From Bacteroidota bacterium (GTDB taxonomy: Bacteria; Bacteroidota; Bacteroidia; JABDFU01): a stretch of DNA of 57,867 nucleotides. The DNA lies in the NCBI GenBank assembly GCA_013286805.1, contig JABDEY010000004.1, positions 770 through 58,636 of the forward strand. The letters run 5' to 3'. The translations under genes and the position numbers were made by a program. This document shows, piece by piece, positions 46,627 through 56,600 of this stretch. Within the stretch, counting starts at the first letter, position 1; every line of letters begins with the position of its first letter. Under the pieces are notes generated by a model that saw nothing but the letters and a program-made list of their open reading frames with translations, was not told where the DNA came from and made no database searches.

Positions 46627-47406
46627 CTAATTATGAGTATTTATCCTGACTTCATATTTAAGAGTTCCTGCAATACTGTCTCTTTGGAGAATAGGAGTCT
46701 GTCCATTCCAAATAGTAGATCTTTCATCAATGACATCTATAACCTCCTTATAGATAAGGCCAATATTAGCAGCATATTTTTCCAGATAATATTTTTTGGA
46801 GATAACGGATGTACAATCAACCTGCAGCACTGTAAGAACAGAATCGAATTGTGATGTTGCAACAGCCGGAGGGCATAAGGTCCCAGCGACAGGATAAGCT
46901 GTATCAATGACAGCCTGTGGCTGATTAACGATGGTATAGTTGTAATCCCATTCTCCAAGTGTATTATCGGCATTCCCATTCCAGGTTGCATTTGCCTTGA
47001 CCGGAAAAGTAAGCTTTACATACCGTACATTGCTTTCGACTTTTTCAGCATCTGTAACTGTCCTGTTGGCAGTCCAGATGTTCTTGAGGGTCCAAAGTGC
47101 ATCGTATTTGCAGGAATCCTTGTGAAAGTTCCGTATATACCGCTCTATCCGCATGGTAGGGCGATTGGAATTATCCATAAAAATGGATTGCACCAGCTCT
47201 TTCAGCTGGTAGCTGAAGGTATCGACTTTATAATCCAGGCTGCTGCAGACAATGGAATCCACATCATATATAATATATTTGCCAACTGTGTTGGGGAAAT
47301 AATCATATCCCAAAAAGAGTTTCGGGGCGGCGTCCTTTTTGCAGGAAAAAAATCCTGCTGTTATACTAAATAAAATCAAAAAGGCTGGCAGAATAAGACG
47401 TTTCAT
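46627..47406 (-). CDS. Hypothetical lipoprotein
   Basis: Lipobox FFSC, DYFPNTVGKYIIY, EKYAANIGLIYKE. Confidence 0.75.
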   Translation of the reverse strand: MKRLILPAFLILFSITAGFFSCKKDAAPKLFLGYDYFPNTVGKYIIYDVDSIVCSSLDYKVDTFSYQLKELVQSIFMDNSNRPTMRIERYIRNFHKDSCKYDALWTLKNIWTANRTVTDAEKVESNVRYVKLTFPVKANATWNGNADNTLGEWDYNYTIVNQPQAVIDTAYPVAGTLCPPAVATSQFDSVLTVLQVDCTSVISKKYYLEKYAANIGLIYKEVIDVIDERSTIWNGQTPILQRDSIAGTLKYEVRINTHN

Positions 47407-47446
47407 CTGAATAAAAAAATTACATGCGTATTTTCCTTATTGAAAC

Positions 47447-48580
47447 TCATCCCAAAACTCTTGCCTTCCTTGTTATAAATCCTCCTCCAATGAGGTCATT
47501 CCCTTCATAAAACACAGCAGACTGTCCTGGAGCAATAGCAGAAACCTTCGTGTGGAACAATACTTTTATTTGTCCGTCTTCCATTGTGAGCGTGGACATC
47601 GCACCTGGATCCTTATACCGGATTTTGGTTAATGCTTCGAACTGAGCAGGTAATTCAGCATATTTTATCAGATTAAAATTGCGAACAAGCATCTCCCGTT
47701 TTTCGAGTTCGTCTTTGGTTCCAAGCACAACCGTATTGGTTTCCGGAACAATCTCCAGTACATGCATAGGCTCTCCCATCGCCAGTTCGAGTCCCTTGCG
47801 TTGCCCTACAGTATAAAACGGATAACCCTTGTGCTGACCCAAAACTGTCCCATCTGTTAAAACGAAATTACCCCCATCTACCCGCTCTTCCAGGCCTTCC
47901 ACCCTGCGCTTTAAAAAACCTCTGTAATCGTTATCCGGCACAAAACAAATTTCATAACTCTCACTTTTATTGGCCAACTCGGTATAACCGCGATCTATGG
48001 CCAGTTGTTTGATCTCTGTTTTTCGCATCGCTCCCAAGGGGAAAATTGTCCGTCGGAGGCTTTCCTGACTCAAGCCCCAAAGCACATAACTCTGGTCTTT
48101 GTTTTCATCCAGCCCTTTTGAAATAACATATCGGTCTGCTTCCGAAGCAGACCTCCCGGGCTCTTTGCGTACCTGTGCATAATGCCCGGTAGCTATAAAA
48201 TCACATCCCAGCATATTGGCCCTTTTCAGCAAGGCTTCCCACTTGATATGTGTATTGCACAGCACACAGGGATTCGGGGTACGGCCTGCCAGGTATTCAT
48301 CCACAAAATTATCAATGATAAAATCCCCGAATTCTTCCCGTATATCCAGGATGTAGTGCGGAAAACCATGTTTGACAGCCATCATCCGCGCATCATTAAT
48401 GGAATCAAGACTGCAACACCCTGTTTCTTTTTTTGATCCCCCGGCAGATGCATAATCCCAGGTCTTCATGGTGATCCCTATCACCTCGTAGCCTTGTTCA
48501 TGCAGAAGCATAGCTGCTATAGAACTGTCAATGCCTCCTGACATGGCGACCAGTACTTTACCTTTGGACATTAATTCCAT
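47447..48580 (-). CDS. mnmA: tRNA-specific 2-thiouridylase
   Basis: AMSGGIDSS PP-loop, GRTPNPCVLCN, ATGHYA, KDQSYVL, ESYEICF, TVGQRKGL, PGQSAVFY. Confidence 0.96.
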   Translation of the reverse strand: MELMSKGKVLVAMSGGIDSSIAAMLLHEQGYEVIGITMKTWDYASAGGSKKETGCCSLDSINDARMMAVKHGFPHYILDIREEFGDFIIDNFVDEYLAGRTPNPCVLCNTHIKWEALLKRANMLGCDFIATGHYAQVRKEPGRSASEADRYVISKGLDENKDQSYVLWGLSQESLRRTIFPLGAMRKTEIKQLAIDRGYTELANKSESYEICFVPDNDYRGFLKRRVEGLEERVDGGNFVLTDGTVLGQHKGYPFYTVGQRKGLELAMGEPMHVLEIVPETNTVVLGTKDELEKREMLVRNFNLIKYAELPAQFEALTKIRYKDPGAMSTLTMEDGQIKVLFHTKVSAIAPGQSAVFYEGNDLIGGGFITRKARVLG

Positions 48581-49493
48581 TTTTATACATTTCCTCTTTT
48601 TCTATAGTTCCATCTTCCTTGTAATACGTTATTTTGCCCTCCAGCTTATCATTCAGGTAAGTCCCTGTACGGCTGATTTTCTGGCCCTTGATTGTTTCTT
48701 GTTTCTCTTCAGGATACCCGTCTTTCGGTGGGACGGTTTCAATGATTAATCCTCCCAGGTCATAGTACTCTGTAAAGCTGCCATTTTTCAATCCATTTTT
48801 ATAAGTGATTTTTGATTTTGGAATGTTCGTTGGATAGGTAAGCTCTTCCACTCCATTGAAGCGGGTTGATTTTACATTCGCCCCTTTCTTGTACATGACC
48901 TGCCAGTCCAGGGTTCCATCCTCCTCATAATAGTTCCATTTTCCATCCTCCAGATCATTCAGGTAATTGCCTTCTGAATTCAGGGTGCCTGTTGGGAAAT
49001 AGAATTTCGCTTTCCCGTTGCGCAGACCATTCGCGTATAAAATTTCCCAACGTGTTTTCCCATTTGCAAAATAGGTCACAAACAAACCCTGCTTCTGCCC
49101 AAGGCTATAATTTTCGATAGCCGCCACTGTGTCTTTTCCGGCAAAAAAGGTCCAGGTACTATCTTTCTTCTCCCCAATTATTTTCCCCTGAGAAACTTTT
49201 TTTCCGTCTGAATTAAACAAAATTGTATAAGCCTGATCCTTTTTCAGGTAAAAAGTGGTGATGGATTTTACTGTACCCGTTGGATAATAATAGGTGAATG
49301 TCCCAACCGGATAATTATTTAAAAATGCCCCTTCATAAATGAGTTTTCCCTGTTCGTCCTTTTTTATCCATTTCCCCTGACGTAACCCATTTTTGTCCAT
49401 CTGATTGATGGGATCATCAACCTGAGCAAATGAAATTAGAAAACCAGTAAAAAGAATAAGGCACAGAAGTGTATATCTTAACATGAGCAACAT
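48558..49493 (-). CDS. Exported MORN-variant repeat protein
   Basis: Signal peptide ending SFAQ, and repeated G-x-W/F-x-x-Y-Y-x-x-G units. Confidence 0.82.
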   Translation of the reverse strand: MLLMLRYTLLCLILFTGFLISFAQVDDPINQMDKNGLRQGKWIKKDEQGKLIYEGAFLNNYPVGTFTYYYPTGTVKSITTFYLKKDQAYTILFNSDGKKVSQGKIIGEKKDSTWTFFAGKDTVAAIENYSLGQKQGLFVTYFANGKTRWEILYANGLRNGKAKFYFPTGTLNSEGNYLNDLEDGKWNYYEEDGTLDWQVMYKKGANVKSTRFNGVEELTYPTNIPKSKITYKNGLKNGSFTEYYDLGGLIIETVPPKDGYPEEKQETIKGQKISRTGTYLNDKLEGKITYYKEDGTIEKEEMYKNGINVQR

Positions 49494-49642
49494 TTAACAT
49501 GTGCGATATAAAGATAGCAATTGCAAAGCAATCTTGAGCACCTAAGAAAGACAAGGATCGAATTACGGAACGTAGTGAAGTAATCATGAACCCAAAGAAC
49601 TAAAAATTGAGTGAATAATAAATTGCTATGGGAAAATCAGTT

Positions 49643-49685
49643 CAATTCCTGAAAGAGGTCAAGACACCAATTCCTGAAAGAGGTC
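49643..49685. repeat. 18-bp direct repeat at the 3' end of the GT4 gene
   Basis: CAATTCCTGAAAGAGGTC at 49643-49660 and 49668-49685, separated by AAGACAC. Confidence 0.85.
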
Positions 49686-50810
49686 GTTGACTCCCTCAAC
49701 AAAAGTACTCCAAAGAAAGCGCTTCTTTTCAACGGCAATATTGGCAGAGAATTCAGGTCCAAGGTTATGGGTGTAAAAATGTACGATTGCATCAGCTATG
49801 GCCTTTGAATCGGGTTGCACAACATAACCTACCTTTAGATGAGGCACGATCTCCGCCAGTCCACCTACATCCGTTACCAGCATGGGACGTTCAAAATGAT
49901 AGGCAATCTGGGTCACTCCGCTTTGCGTGGCACTTCGGTATGGCTGAACAACCAGATCGGCCGCACCAAAATAGTTTTTTACTTCGGAGGCCGGAATATA
50001 ATCCGCTTTCAGGATCACCTGCCCTTCTACTTCGTGCTCTTTAATAATATTTGTATAGAAAGTCATGTCCTCATAACATTCGCCTGCTACAAGAAGTTTC
50101 AGGTTCATCTCCCGGATACGCTTGTCGGACATGGCATGAAGCAAAAGGTCAAGTCCTTTATATTTACGGATAAATCCAAAAAACAGAATATACCGGTAAC
50201 TCTGTCTTAGATTGAGCTGCTGCAAAGACTCCTCCCGTGTGTGTTTTTCTCCAAACGTATCATAAATGGGATGGGGCAGAAATGCAAATTTAGGATTGGG
50301 CAAAAATTGTTTTAGGTCCTCCACCACACTTTTTGACATCACAACAAAAGCATCACAGGATTTTACGAAGTACCTGGTCAGCACCCGGTCTGCAAAATGC
50401 TTTTCATGGGGCAATACATTGTCGGCAAGGGCAATCACCTTAATTTTGGTTCCGCGTTTTACAAGGCGGGCGATACTGCCCAGACAAGGTGCCATAAAAG
50501 GAAGCCAATAGCGTATGATGATGTAATCTGGATTCCCTTCTTTTATTCTTCTGGCTGTTTTTATCCAGGTCAGGGGATTCACTGAATTGATTAATTCTTC
50601 GACTTTAAATTCAGTAGGTTTTGAGCCCCTGTCAAACTGGGTTTTACCCGGGAAAAGGAAATCAGGGTATTGCAACGTAAAGGAAATAATCCTGGACTGC
50701 ACGCCGGCTTTATTAAATGCAATGCAAAGTGCCTCATTGAAATTGGCAATCCCACCCCGCAAAGGATGGGCCGGACCGACAATAAAATTTTTCACCTGCT
50801 TAAGCTCCAC
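49659..50810 (-). CDS. Glycosyltransferase family 4 (GT-B)
   Basis: GPAHPLRGGI, FFGFIRKYKGLD, PYRSATQSGV, TDVGGLAEIV. Confidence 0.92.
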   Translation of the reverse strand: MELKQVKNFIVGPAHPLRGGIANFNEALCIAFNKAGVQSRIISFTLQYPDFLFPGKTQFDRGSKPTEFKVEELINSVNPLTWIKTARRIKEGNPDYIIIRYWLPFMAPCLGSIARLVKRGTKIKVIALADNVLPHEKHFADRVLTRYFVKSCDAFVVMSKSVVEDLKQFLPNPKFAFLPHPIYDTFGEKHTREESLQQLNLRQSYRYILFFGFIRKYKGLDLLLHAMSDKRIREMNLKLLVAGECYEDMTFYTNIIKEHEVEGQVILKADYIPASEVKNYFGAADLVVQPYRSATQSGVTQIAYHFERPMLVTDVGGLAEIVPHLKVGYVVQPDSKAIADAIVHFYTHNLGPEFSANIAVEKKRFLWSTFVEGVNDLFQELVS

Positions 50811-50825
50811 AACAAAGGGTGCTGA

Positions 50826-51782
50826 TTAATTAACTCCAAGTTTTCTTTCAGTAAGGTAGTTATTCCGGATGGATGAATTGCGGGAGATAAGTTCACCGAT
50901 AAATCCGGCTAAAAACAACATGGACCCAATCACCATTGTTGTCAGGGCAATAAAAAAGGAGGGGCGTTGCGTCAGGAGCCTTGCTGATAAATGATGATAC
51001 ACATGGTATAATTTTTCCATACCCAGCCAGGCAGCAGTCACAAAGCCAATAAAAAAGACGATCGTTCCCAATAAGCCGAAAAAGTGCATGGGGCGTTTTC
51101 CAAATCTGGATACAAACGTAATGGTCATCAGGTCAAGGAAACCGTTTACAAAACGTTCCATGCCGAATTTGCTCGAGCCAAATTTACGCTCCTGATGCTG
51201 TACTTCCCGCTCCCCGATTCTTGTAAAGCCGGCCCATTTGGCTATTACCGGTATATAACGGTGCATCTCGCCATACACTTCAATGCTTTTGATTACCTCC
51301 CTTTTGTAGGCCTTTAATCCGCAGTTAAAATCATGCAGTTTAATTCCGGAAATCCTTCGGGTAACCCCGTTAAATATTTTAGTAGGTATCGTTTTGCTCA
51401 TGGGATCATACCGCTTTTTCTTCCATCCCGATACCAGATCAAAATTCCCCTCCATAATCATTTTATACAAACCAGGCAACTCATCCGGGCTATCCTGCAA
51501 ATCAGCATCCATTGTAATGACAACCTCTCCCTGAGTTGCTTCGAAGGCCACATTTAGCGCAGCTGATTTACCATAATTCCTCCTGAATTTGACTCCTTTA
51601 ACGGCAGGGTTGGCACTTGCGAGTGTTTCAATCACCTTCCAGGAGCCATCCGTACTTCCATCATCTACAAAAATAATTTCGTAAGAATACCCTGCTGAAC
51701 TCAATACCTGCGTAATGCGGGTACATAATTCCGGCAAGGATTCTTCTTCGTTCAATAAGGGTATTACAACGGAAATGTTCAT
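50826..51782 (-). CDS. Glycosyltransferase family 2 (ArnC/polyprenol-phosphate type)
   Basis: VIPLLNEEES, VDDGSTDGS, RRNYGKSAAL, MDADLQD, GEMHRYIP, two C-terminal TMs. Confidence 0.92.
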   Translation of the reverse strand: MNISVVIPLLNEEESLPELCTRITQVLSSAGYSYEIIFVDDGSTDGSWKVIETLASANPAVKGVKFRRNYGKSAALNVAFEATQGEVVITMDADLQDSPDELPGLYKMIMEGNFDLVSGWKKKRYDPMSKTIPTKIFNGVTRRISGIKLHDFNCGLKAYKREVIKSIEVYGEMHRYIPVIAKWAGFTRIGEREVQHQERKFGSSKFGMERFVNGFLDLMTITFVSRFGKRPMHFFGLLGTIVFFIGFVTAAWLGMEKLYHVYHHLSARLLTQRPSFFIALTTMVIGSMLFLAGFIGELISRNSSIRNNYLTERKLGVN

Positions 51783-51794
51783 CTGTTTTTTAAT

Positions 51795-52331
51795 TCAGGT
51801 CTTATTAACTGAATCTTCCATAAACGGGCGGATTTTTTTTATGGAAGCCGCCATTATCAGGGCGAATACAGCATAAAACAGAACGCCATAAAAAAAACTT
51901 TTTACCTGGGAAACAACGGAGAAATTATCGGTAGTCTTCATTTTTTCAGTCACCTCATCTATCTTTTCCGTTGGTGCTCCCATATTCTCCATCATTGTGG
52001 ATGTTTTTTCCACCAGGGCCTCCTGAAACTTCTTAGGAAACCCAGAATCAATCACATGGAACAACAGCATTCCAAACAGGGTGCTCAGAATTCCTGCCAC
52101 TAAACACATGAGGAAGATTTTCACAAAGGCCTCCTTAAAGGTAATGAACCCTTCCTGTTCCTTTCTGATTCTAAGGCTCAGCACAATGTAGGTACACAGC
52201 AGGGCAAGCAGGATGAGGATGCCAACCCACCAGGTAGCCATAAAACCGACACCCATGGAATAGGTGAACGTCTGTAACAGAATGCCAATAAATCCTGCAA
52301 GCAGGCCGTATTTCAGAGAGGGATTTTTCAT
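51795..52331 (-). CDS. DUF4199 membrane protein
   Basis: KYGLLAG, four TMs, ITFKEAF. Sits upstream of the GT2 gene. Confidence 0.78.
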   Translation of the reverse strand: MKNPSLKYGLLAGFIGILLQTFTYSMGVGFMATWWVGILILLALLCTYIVLSLRIRKEQEGFITFKEAFVKIFLMCLVAGILSTLFGMLLFHVIDSGFPKKFQEALVEKTSTMMENMGAPTEKIDEVTEKMKTTDNFSVVSQVKSFFYGVLFYAVFALIMAASIKKIRPFMEDSVNKT

Positions 52332-52386
52332 GGTATAATTTTTATTTTTTTCGTCTACGAAGATAAGATTATTAAATAGTATTTAG

Positions 52387-52394
52387 TAGTTTTG
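52387..52394 (+). promoter_or_regulatory. -7 element (TAGTTTTG) for the SRP RNA
   Basis: TAnnTTTG 4 nt before the 5' GGGCAAG of the RNA. Confidence 0.6.
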
Positions 52395-52398
52395 TTGC

Positions 52399-52494
52399 GG
52401 GCAAGTCTTATACGACCAGCTCCTGCTGAACTCCCCCAGGCGGGGAACCGAGCAAGGGTAGGTGGTTGAGCGGTGCGATATAAGTAGCTTGCCC
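52399..52494 (+). ncRNA. ffs: Small SRP RNA (4.5S)
   Basis: Terminal helix GGGCAAG/CTTGCCC followed by a T run. Ffh-binding helix CAGG-CGG-GGAA-CCG-AGCA with a GNRA tetraloop. Confidence 0.9.
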
Positions 52495-52514
52495 TTTTTT
52501 TCTCTTTCCGGAAA

Positions 52515-53006
52515 TTACACTACGGGTGAAATCCTAAGCATCATCCAGCTCTCTTTCAGCGGTATTTGCCAGTTGGATGTAAGATCTGCTTTCGTGCTGA
52601 CAAGGTTATTAAATACAATCGTCTGGTCGTTTACCTGCTTCGTATTATACCGTTTTTCCAATTCGGGCAGGGAACAACCGATTACCTGGTCCCCTGTCTT
52701 GTAAGCTACCTGCATCCGGTCAAGCAGGGAGATGCCCATTTGCTTTTCCAGATCCTGAATAAACCTGAGTGATTTATCTATTCCGCATCCGCTTGCCGGA
52801 GCTGTATTCTCATCCACTGCCAGTAGTATAAAACGGTTGTAAAGAATTGCTACTGCAGCATCCATTTTATTTTCATGAGAAGTCCAGGAAGAAAGAAATT
52901 CATTCGATTTGTGTTCAAGCAATTCCAACTCCTTCCCGGAAAATTCTGCTGAAGCCTGATAGATCCATACTCTGGAATGTTCTGGTAATTCATTCAGTTT
53001 TTTCAT
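52515..53006 (-). CDS. Conserved hypothetical protein
   Basis: SRVWIYQA, WTSHE, ASGCGIDKS, FNNLVSTK...W.IPL.ESW. No Walker A motif. Confidence 0.78.
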   Translation of the reverse strand: MKKLNELPEHSRVWIYQASAEFSGKELELLEHKSNEFLSSWTSHENKMDAAVAILYNRFILLAVDENTAPASGCGIDKSLRFIQDLEKQMGISLLDRMQVAYKTGDQVIGCSLPELEKRYNTKQVNDQTIVFNNLVSTKADLTSNWQIPLKESWMMLRISPVV

Positions 53007-53041
53007 ATTTGCTGTTGTTTTAGTCTACCTGATACTTTCAT

Positions 53042-54712
53042 TTAGTCCTTGATTAACTTTCTGAAAAAACGATCAGAGGAACCTGCAATTTTCAGAATGT
53101 ACATACCACGCTCAAGTCCCTCCATTCCATTCATGCTGAAATCGTTTACACTGTTCGCATTTACCTGTTCTGTTTCTTCCTGAATTTTTCTCCCGCTGAC
53201 ATCGAATAATTGTATGGAAAGTGTCTGGGCAGTCAACGAATAAAAAGTAAGACGGAAGGAATTCCGGAAAGGGTTGGGGTAAGATAAAACGATATTATCG
53301 GATTGAAACAATACAGGTGAAATTCCGCTAAGTAACATGTTGGCAACACACATATTCGGAATACCATAACCCAACAGCGAATCCGGCTTGGCATACTGAG
53401 TTCCGGATTTCACGATGGCATCGATCACCTGCATATTTGTTCTTCCGGAATTGGCCTGCCAGAGACAGGCCGCTGTTCCTGCAGCTATAGGAGTTGAAAA
53501 GGACGTTCCCGAAGCGCCTGAAATACCACCTGAAACGGATGCGACGATGCTGTTCTCTCCCTGAGCTGCTATGGTTGGTTTTATTCTCCCGTCAGCAGAA
53601 GGTCCCGTAGAGCTGAAGGATGCATAGAACCCATTCTGATCAACTGCCCCAAGTGTTAAAATACTATCTGCATCAGCAGGCGACCCAATATGCTGCCAGG
53701 CTGTCCCTCCGTCATTCCCCGCGGCAACGACAACAAGCATTCCTTTTTCAGCTGCAGTGACTGCTGCTATGGTACTCATGGCCGTTCTTCCATTCATTTC
53801 AGCATACGTTTGATTTTGGGCCGGATTGTCGAAGGTTGAATAGCCCAGTGAAGAGCTGATTATATCTGCACCAACACTGTCAGCAAATTCCGCCGCTGAG
53901 GCCCAGTTAAATTCCTCAATTATATTCTCAGTTAGAACGACTTCTGAGCGAAGCAGCCAATAATTTGCTTTTGGAGCGGTGCCAATCAACTGTCCGTTGA
54001 GGTACCCCCCCATCGTGGAAAGTACTTCCATCCCATGCGCCGTTGAATTATCAAATACATTTCCGCTCTGGTTGGAAAAATCCCGGGATCCAAGTATTTG
54101 ATTATTGATCCATAGACTGTCAAAAGCAGGAAGGACATCCGCCATATAAAAGCCTCCGTCCAGAATGGCAATAACCATCCCTTCACCCCTGAATCCCAGA
54201 TTCTGAAGGCAATCATCGCCGATCATAGTGGCCTGATTAAAAGACGAGCCGAAATTGGCAGCTGAAAAGGAGAAAATGGCCCCCTGAGTGCCAAACTTAT
54301 TCCGGTTGTGCCTTGCATGGGCAGAATTGACGGAGTCCCCCTTCTCTCTTCCGACATTTTTATAGCTTGCAACAAATGGCCAGGACTGTATTGCACTGAG
54401 CGCCTTTGGATGACCGGTCGTGTCAATGGCAATGGCATTCAGCCATTTTGAAACATTCAGAATCCGGACACCTGTTTTAGCTACGCTGTCAATATAGGAT
54501 GGATTAACAGGAAGGTCATTTTGTTTTATACTTATGGATTGTTGAGTCCGGCGATTGATGGCCCGGGCAGATAAAAAGGCGGAAGGGTTGCTGACAGTAT
54601 AAGGGCTTCCGTTTCTATCAGAAAAGGTAATTACAAACCTGGATCCATCCTGTGCTTTATATAAAGGAGCGCAGCAGAAAAGCACCAACAAAAGAAACAG
54701 ATTCCTGTACAT
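53042..54712 (-). CDS. Subtilisin-like S8 serine peptidase with T9SS CTD
   Basis: Catalytic triad motifs ILDGGF, HGMEVLS and GTSFSTP, oxyanion AAGN, CTD SYPNPF...FDVSGRK...GMYILKI...KLIKD. Confidence 0.92.
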   Translation of the reverse strand: MYRNLFLLLVLFCCAPLYKAQDGSRFVITFSDRNGSPYTVSNPSAFLSARAINRRTQQSISIKQNDLPVNPSYIDSVAKTGVRILNVSKWLNAIAIDTTGHPKALSAIQSWPFVASYKNVGREKGDSVNSAHARHNRNKFGTQGAIFSFSAANFGSSFNQATMIGDDCLQNLGFRGEGMVIAILDGGFYMADVLPAFDSLWINNQILGSRDFSNQSGNVFDNSTAHGMEVLSTMGGYLNGQLIGTAPKANYWLLRSEVVLTENIIEEFNWASAAEFADSVGADIISSSLGYSTFDNPAQNQTYAEMNGRTAMSTIAAVTAAEKGMLVVVAAGNDGGTAWQHIGSPADADSILTLGAVDQNGFYASFSSTGPSADGRIKPTIAAQGENSIVASVSGGISGASGTSFSTPIAAGTAACLWQANSGRTNMQVIDAIVKSGTQYAKPDSLLGYGIPNMCVANMLLSGISPVLFQSDNIVLSYPNPFRNSFRLTFYSLTAQTLSIQLFDVSGRKIQEETEQVNANSVNDFSMNGMEGLERGMYILKIAGSSDRFFRKLIKD

Positions 54713-54780
54713 GATACTAAAGCTAAGGAAAATTATACTGATTTGTTGAAGAGTGCAGCCTAAATGAACTATTCAGCGCA

Positions 54781-56169
54781 TTACAAATGAATCACTTCTC
54801 CATAAGCCGCCGCCGCCGCCTCCATAATTGCTTCGCTCATTGTTGGGTGAGGATGAACGGTTTTAATCAGCTCATGCCCCGTTGTCTCTAATTTGCGAAC
54901 AGCAACAATTTCTGCAATCATTTCAGTTACATTAGCCCCTATCATATGAGCTCCTAATACTTCCCCATATTTTGCATCGAAGATCAGCTTGACAAACCCT
55001 TCACTTTGACCGGAAGTTTTTGCTTTGCCGCTGGCGGAGAAAGGGAATTTTCCGATTTTGATTTCAAACCCTTTTTCTCTGGCAGCCTTTTCAGTGTAAC
55101 CAACAGATGCTATTTCAGGCTGGCAATAGGTACAGCCCGGAATATTATTGTAATCAAGAGGTTCCGGGTTTTTCCCTGCTATTTTTTCCACACATATAAT
55201 TCCTTCAGCACTGGCAACGTGCGCGAGCGCCTGTCCTGCGACGCAATCTCCAATTGCAAAATAACCCGGCATATTGGTTTGATAAAACGAATTGGTCATG
55301 ATTTTTCCCTTATCGGTTACAATTCCCACTTCTTCAAGTCCAACACCTTCGAGGTTGGCCTGTATGCCAATGGCTGAAAGTACAATATCACATTCAAGTA
55401 CTTCTACCCCTTTTTTTGTTTTAATACTTACCTTGCATCCTGCGCTTTTGGTGTCAACCGACTCAACGCTGGCGTCTGTCAGGACAGTGATACCCATTTT
55501 CTTAAATGATCGTTCCAGTTGTTTTGATACTTCTTCGTCCTCCACCGGAACGATAGCCGGAAGCATTTCCACGACTGTCACTTTACTTCCCAGACTGGCA
55601 TAGAAATAAGCAAACTCAGATCCAATAGCACCTGACCCAACAACTACCATTGATTTGGGTTGTTTGGGCAAATTCATCGCTTCCCGGTAGCCAATTATTT
55701 TTTTCCCATCCTGAGGCAGATTGGGCACCTGTCTGGAGCGCGCACCAAGTGCCAGAATGATGTTTTTTGCTTCGAAAATACTGACTTGTCCATCCGGACC
55801 ATTTACTTCCACCTTTTTTCCGGCTTTAATTTTTCCGAAACCGGTAATCACGTCAATCTTATTTTTTTTCATCAGAAATTGTACTCCTTTACTCATCCCA
55901 TCCGCAATATCCCTGGAGCGTTTAATAACGGCTGCAAAATCCACCTTTGCATCCGCACAACTCACCCCAAATTCAGCTGCATGATTCAGGTACTCAAATA
56001 CCTGCGCACTTTTTAACAGGGCTTTGGTTGGAATGCAGCCCCAGTTGAGACAGATACCACCTAAATTCTCCTTCTCAACAATGGCCGTTTTTAGTCCCAA
56101 TTGGGAAGCCCTGATAGCAGCCACATACCCACCAGGGCCGCTGCCAATAACAATCAAATCGTAGTTCAT
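54781..56169 (-). CDS. lpdA: Dihydrolipoamide dehydrogenase
   Basis: GSGPGG, GGICLNWGCIPTK, GSGAIG, HPHPTMSE. Confidence 0.96.
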   Translation of the reverse strand: MNYDLIVIGSGPGGYVAAIRASQLGLKTAIVEKENLGGICLNWGCIPTKALLKSAQVFEYLNHAAEFGVSCADAKVDFAAVIKRSRDIADGMSKGVQFLMKKNKIDVITGFGKIKAGKKVEVNGPDGQVSIFEAKNIILALGARSRQVPNLPQDGKKIIGYREAMNLPKQPKSMVVVGSGAIGSEFAYFYASLGSKVTVVEMLPAIVPVEDEEVSKQLERSFKKMGITVLTDASVESVDTKSAGCKVSIKTKKGVEVLECDIVLSAIGIQANLEGVGLEEVGIVTDKGKIMTNSFYQTNMPGYFAIGDCVAGQALAHVASAEGIICVEKIAGKNPEPLDYNNIPGCTYCQPEIASVGYTEKAAREKGFEIKIGKFPFSASGKAKTSGQSEGFVKLIFDAKYGEVLGAHMIGANVTEMIAEIVAVRKLETTGHELIKTVHPHPTMSEAIMEAAAAAYGEVIHL

Positions 56170-56191
56170 CTCATAAAAGTAATTAAAAAAA

Positions 56192-56572
56192 TCAGTCGAT
56201 CGCTATCACACTGATCTCTATGTTCACTCCTTTTGGAAGTCCTGAAACAGCTACCGTTTCGCGGGCAGGGAAATCCTTCATAAAACAGGTGGCATAGACT
56301 TCGTTGACAGCAGCAAAGTTATTCATGTCAGTCAGGAAAATACTTGATTTAACAATATTTCCAAAATCCATTCCCGCTTCTTTCAGAATGGCCAGAATGT
56401 TATCCATTACCTGTTTGGTTTCTGCTTTAATATCCGAGGTTACCAGTCCACCTGTCGAAGGAATAATGGGCACCTGCCCGGAAACATACAGGGTATTTCC
56501 AACTTTCACAGCCTGGCTGTATGGCCCGATTGGAGCAGGGGCCTTCGATGTGCAAATTATTTTTTTATTCAT
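56192..56572 (-). CDS. ridA: RidA-family enamine deaminase
   Basis: APAPIGPYSQA, VSGQVP, FPARETV, LPKGVNIEI. ATG at 56572. Confidence 0.93.
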   Translation of the reverse strand: MNKKIICTSKAPAPIGPYSQAVKVGNTLYVSGQVPIIPSTGGLVTSDIKAETKQVMDNILAILKEAGMDFGNIVKSSIFLTDMNNFAAVNEVYATCFMKDFPARETVAVSGLPKGVNIEISVIAID

Positions 56573-56600
56573 TCTTTTGTTCTTTTTAAGGTTAGCGGAA

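Noticed and set aside
49556-49586. Small hairpin ATTAC-GGAACGTAGTGAA-GTAAT resembling interspersed REP-like repeats
   Set aside because: Only one copy is in the window and the stem is 5 bp, so a repeat family cannot be supported.
5690-55984. Numerous 60-180-aa overlapping or antisense ORFs in the track (e.g. 5690-6229, 30846-31361, 44170-44622)
   Set aside because: They shadow well-supported genes and carry no recognisable motifs.
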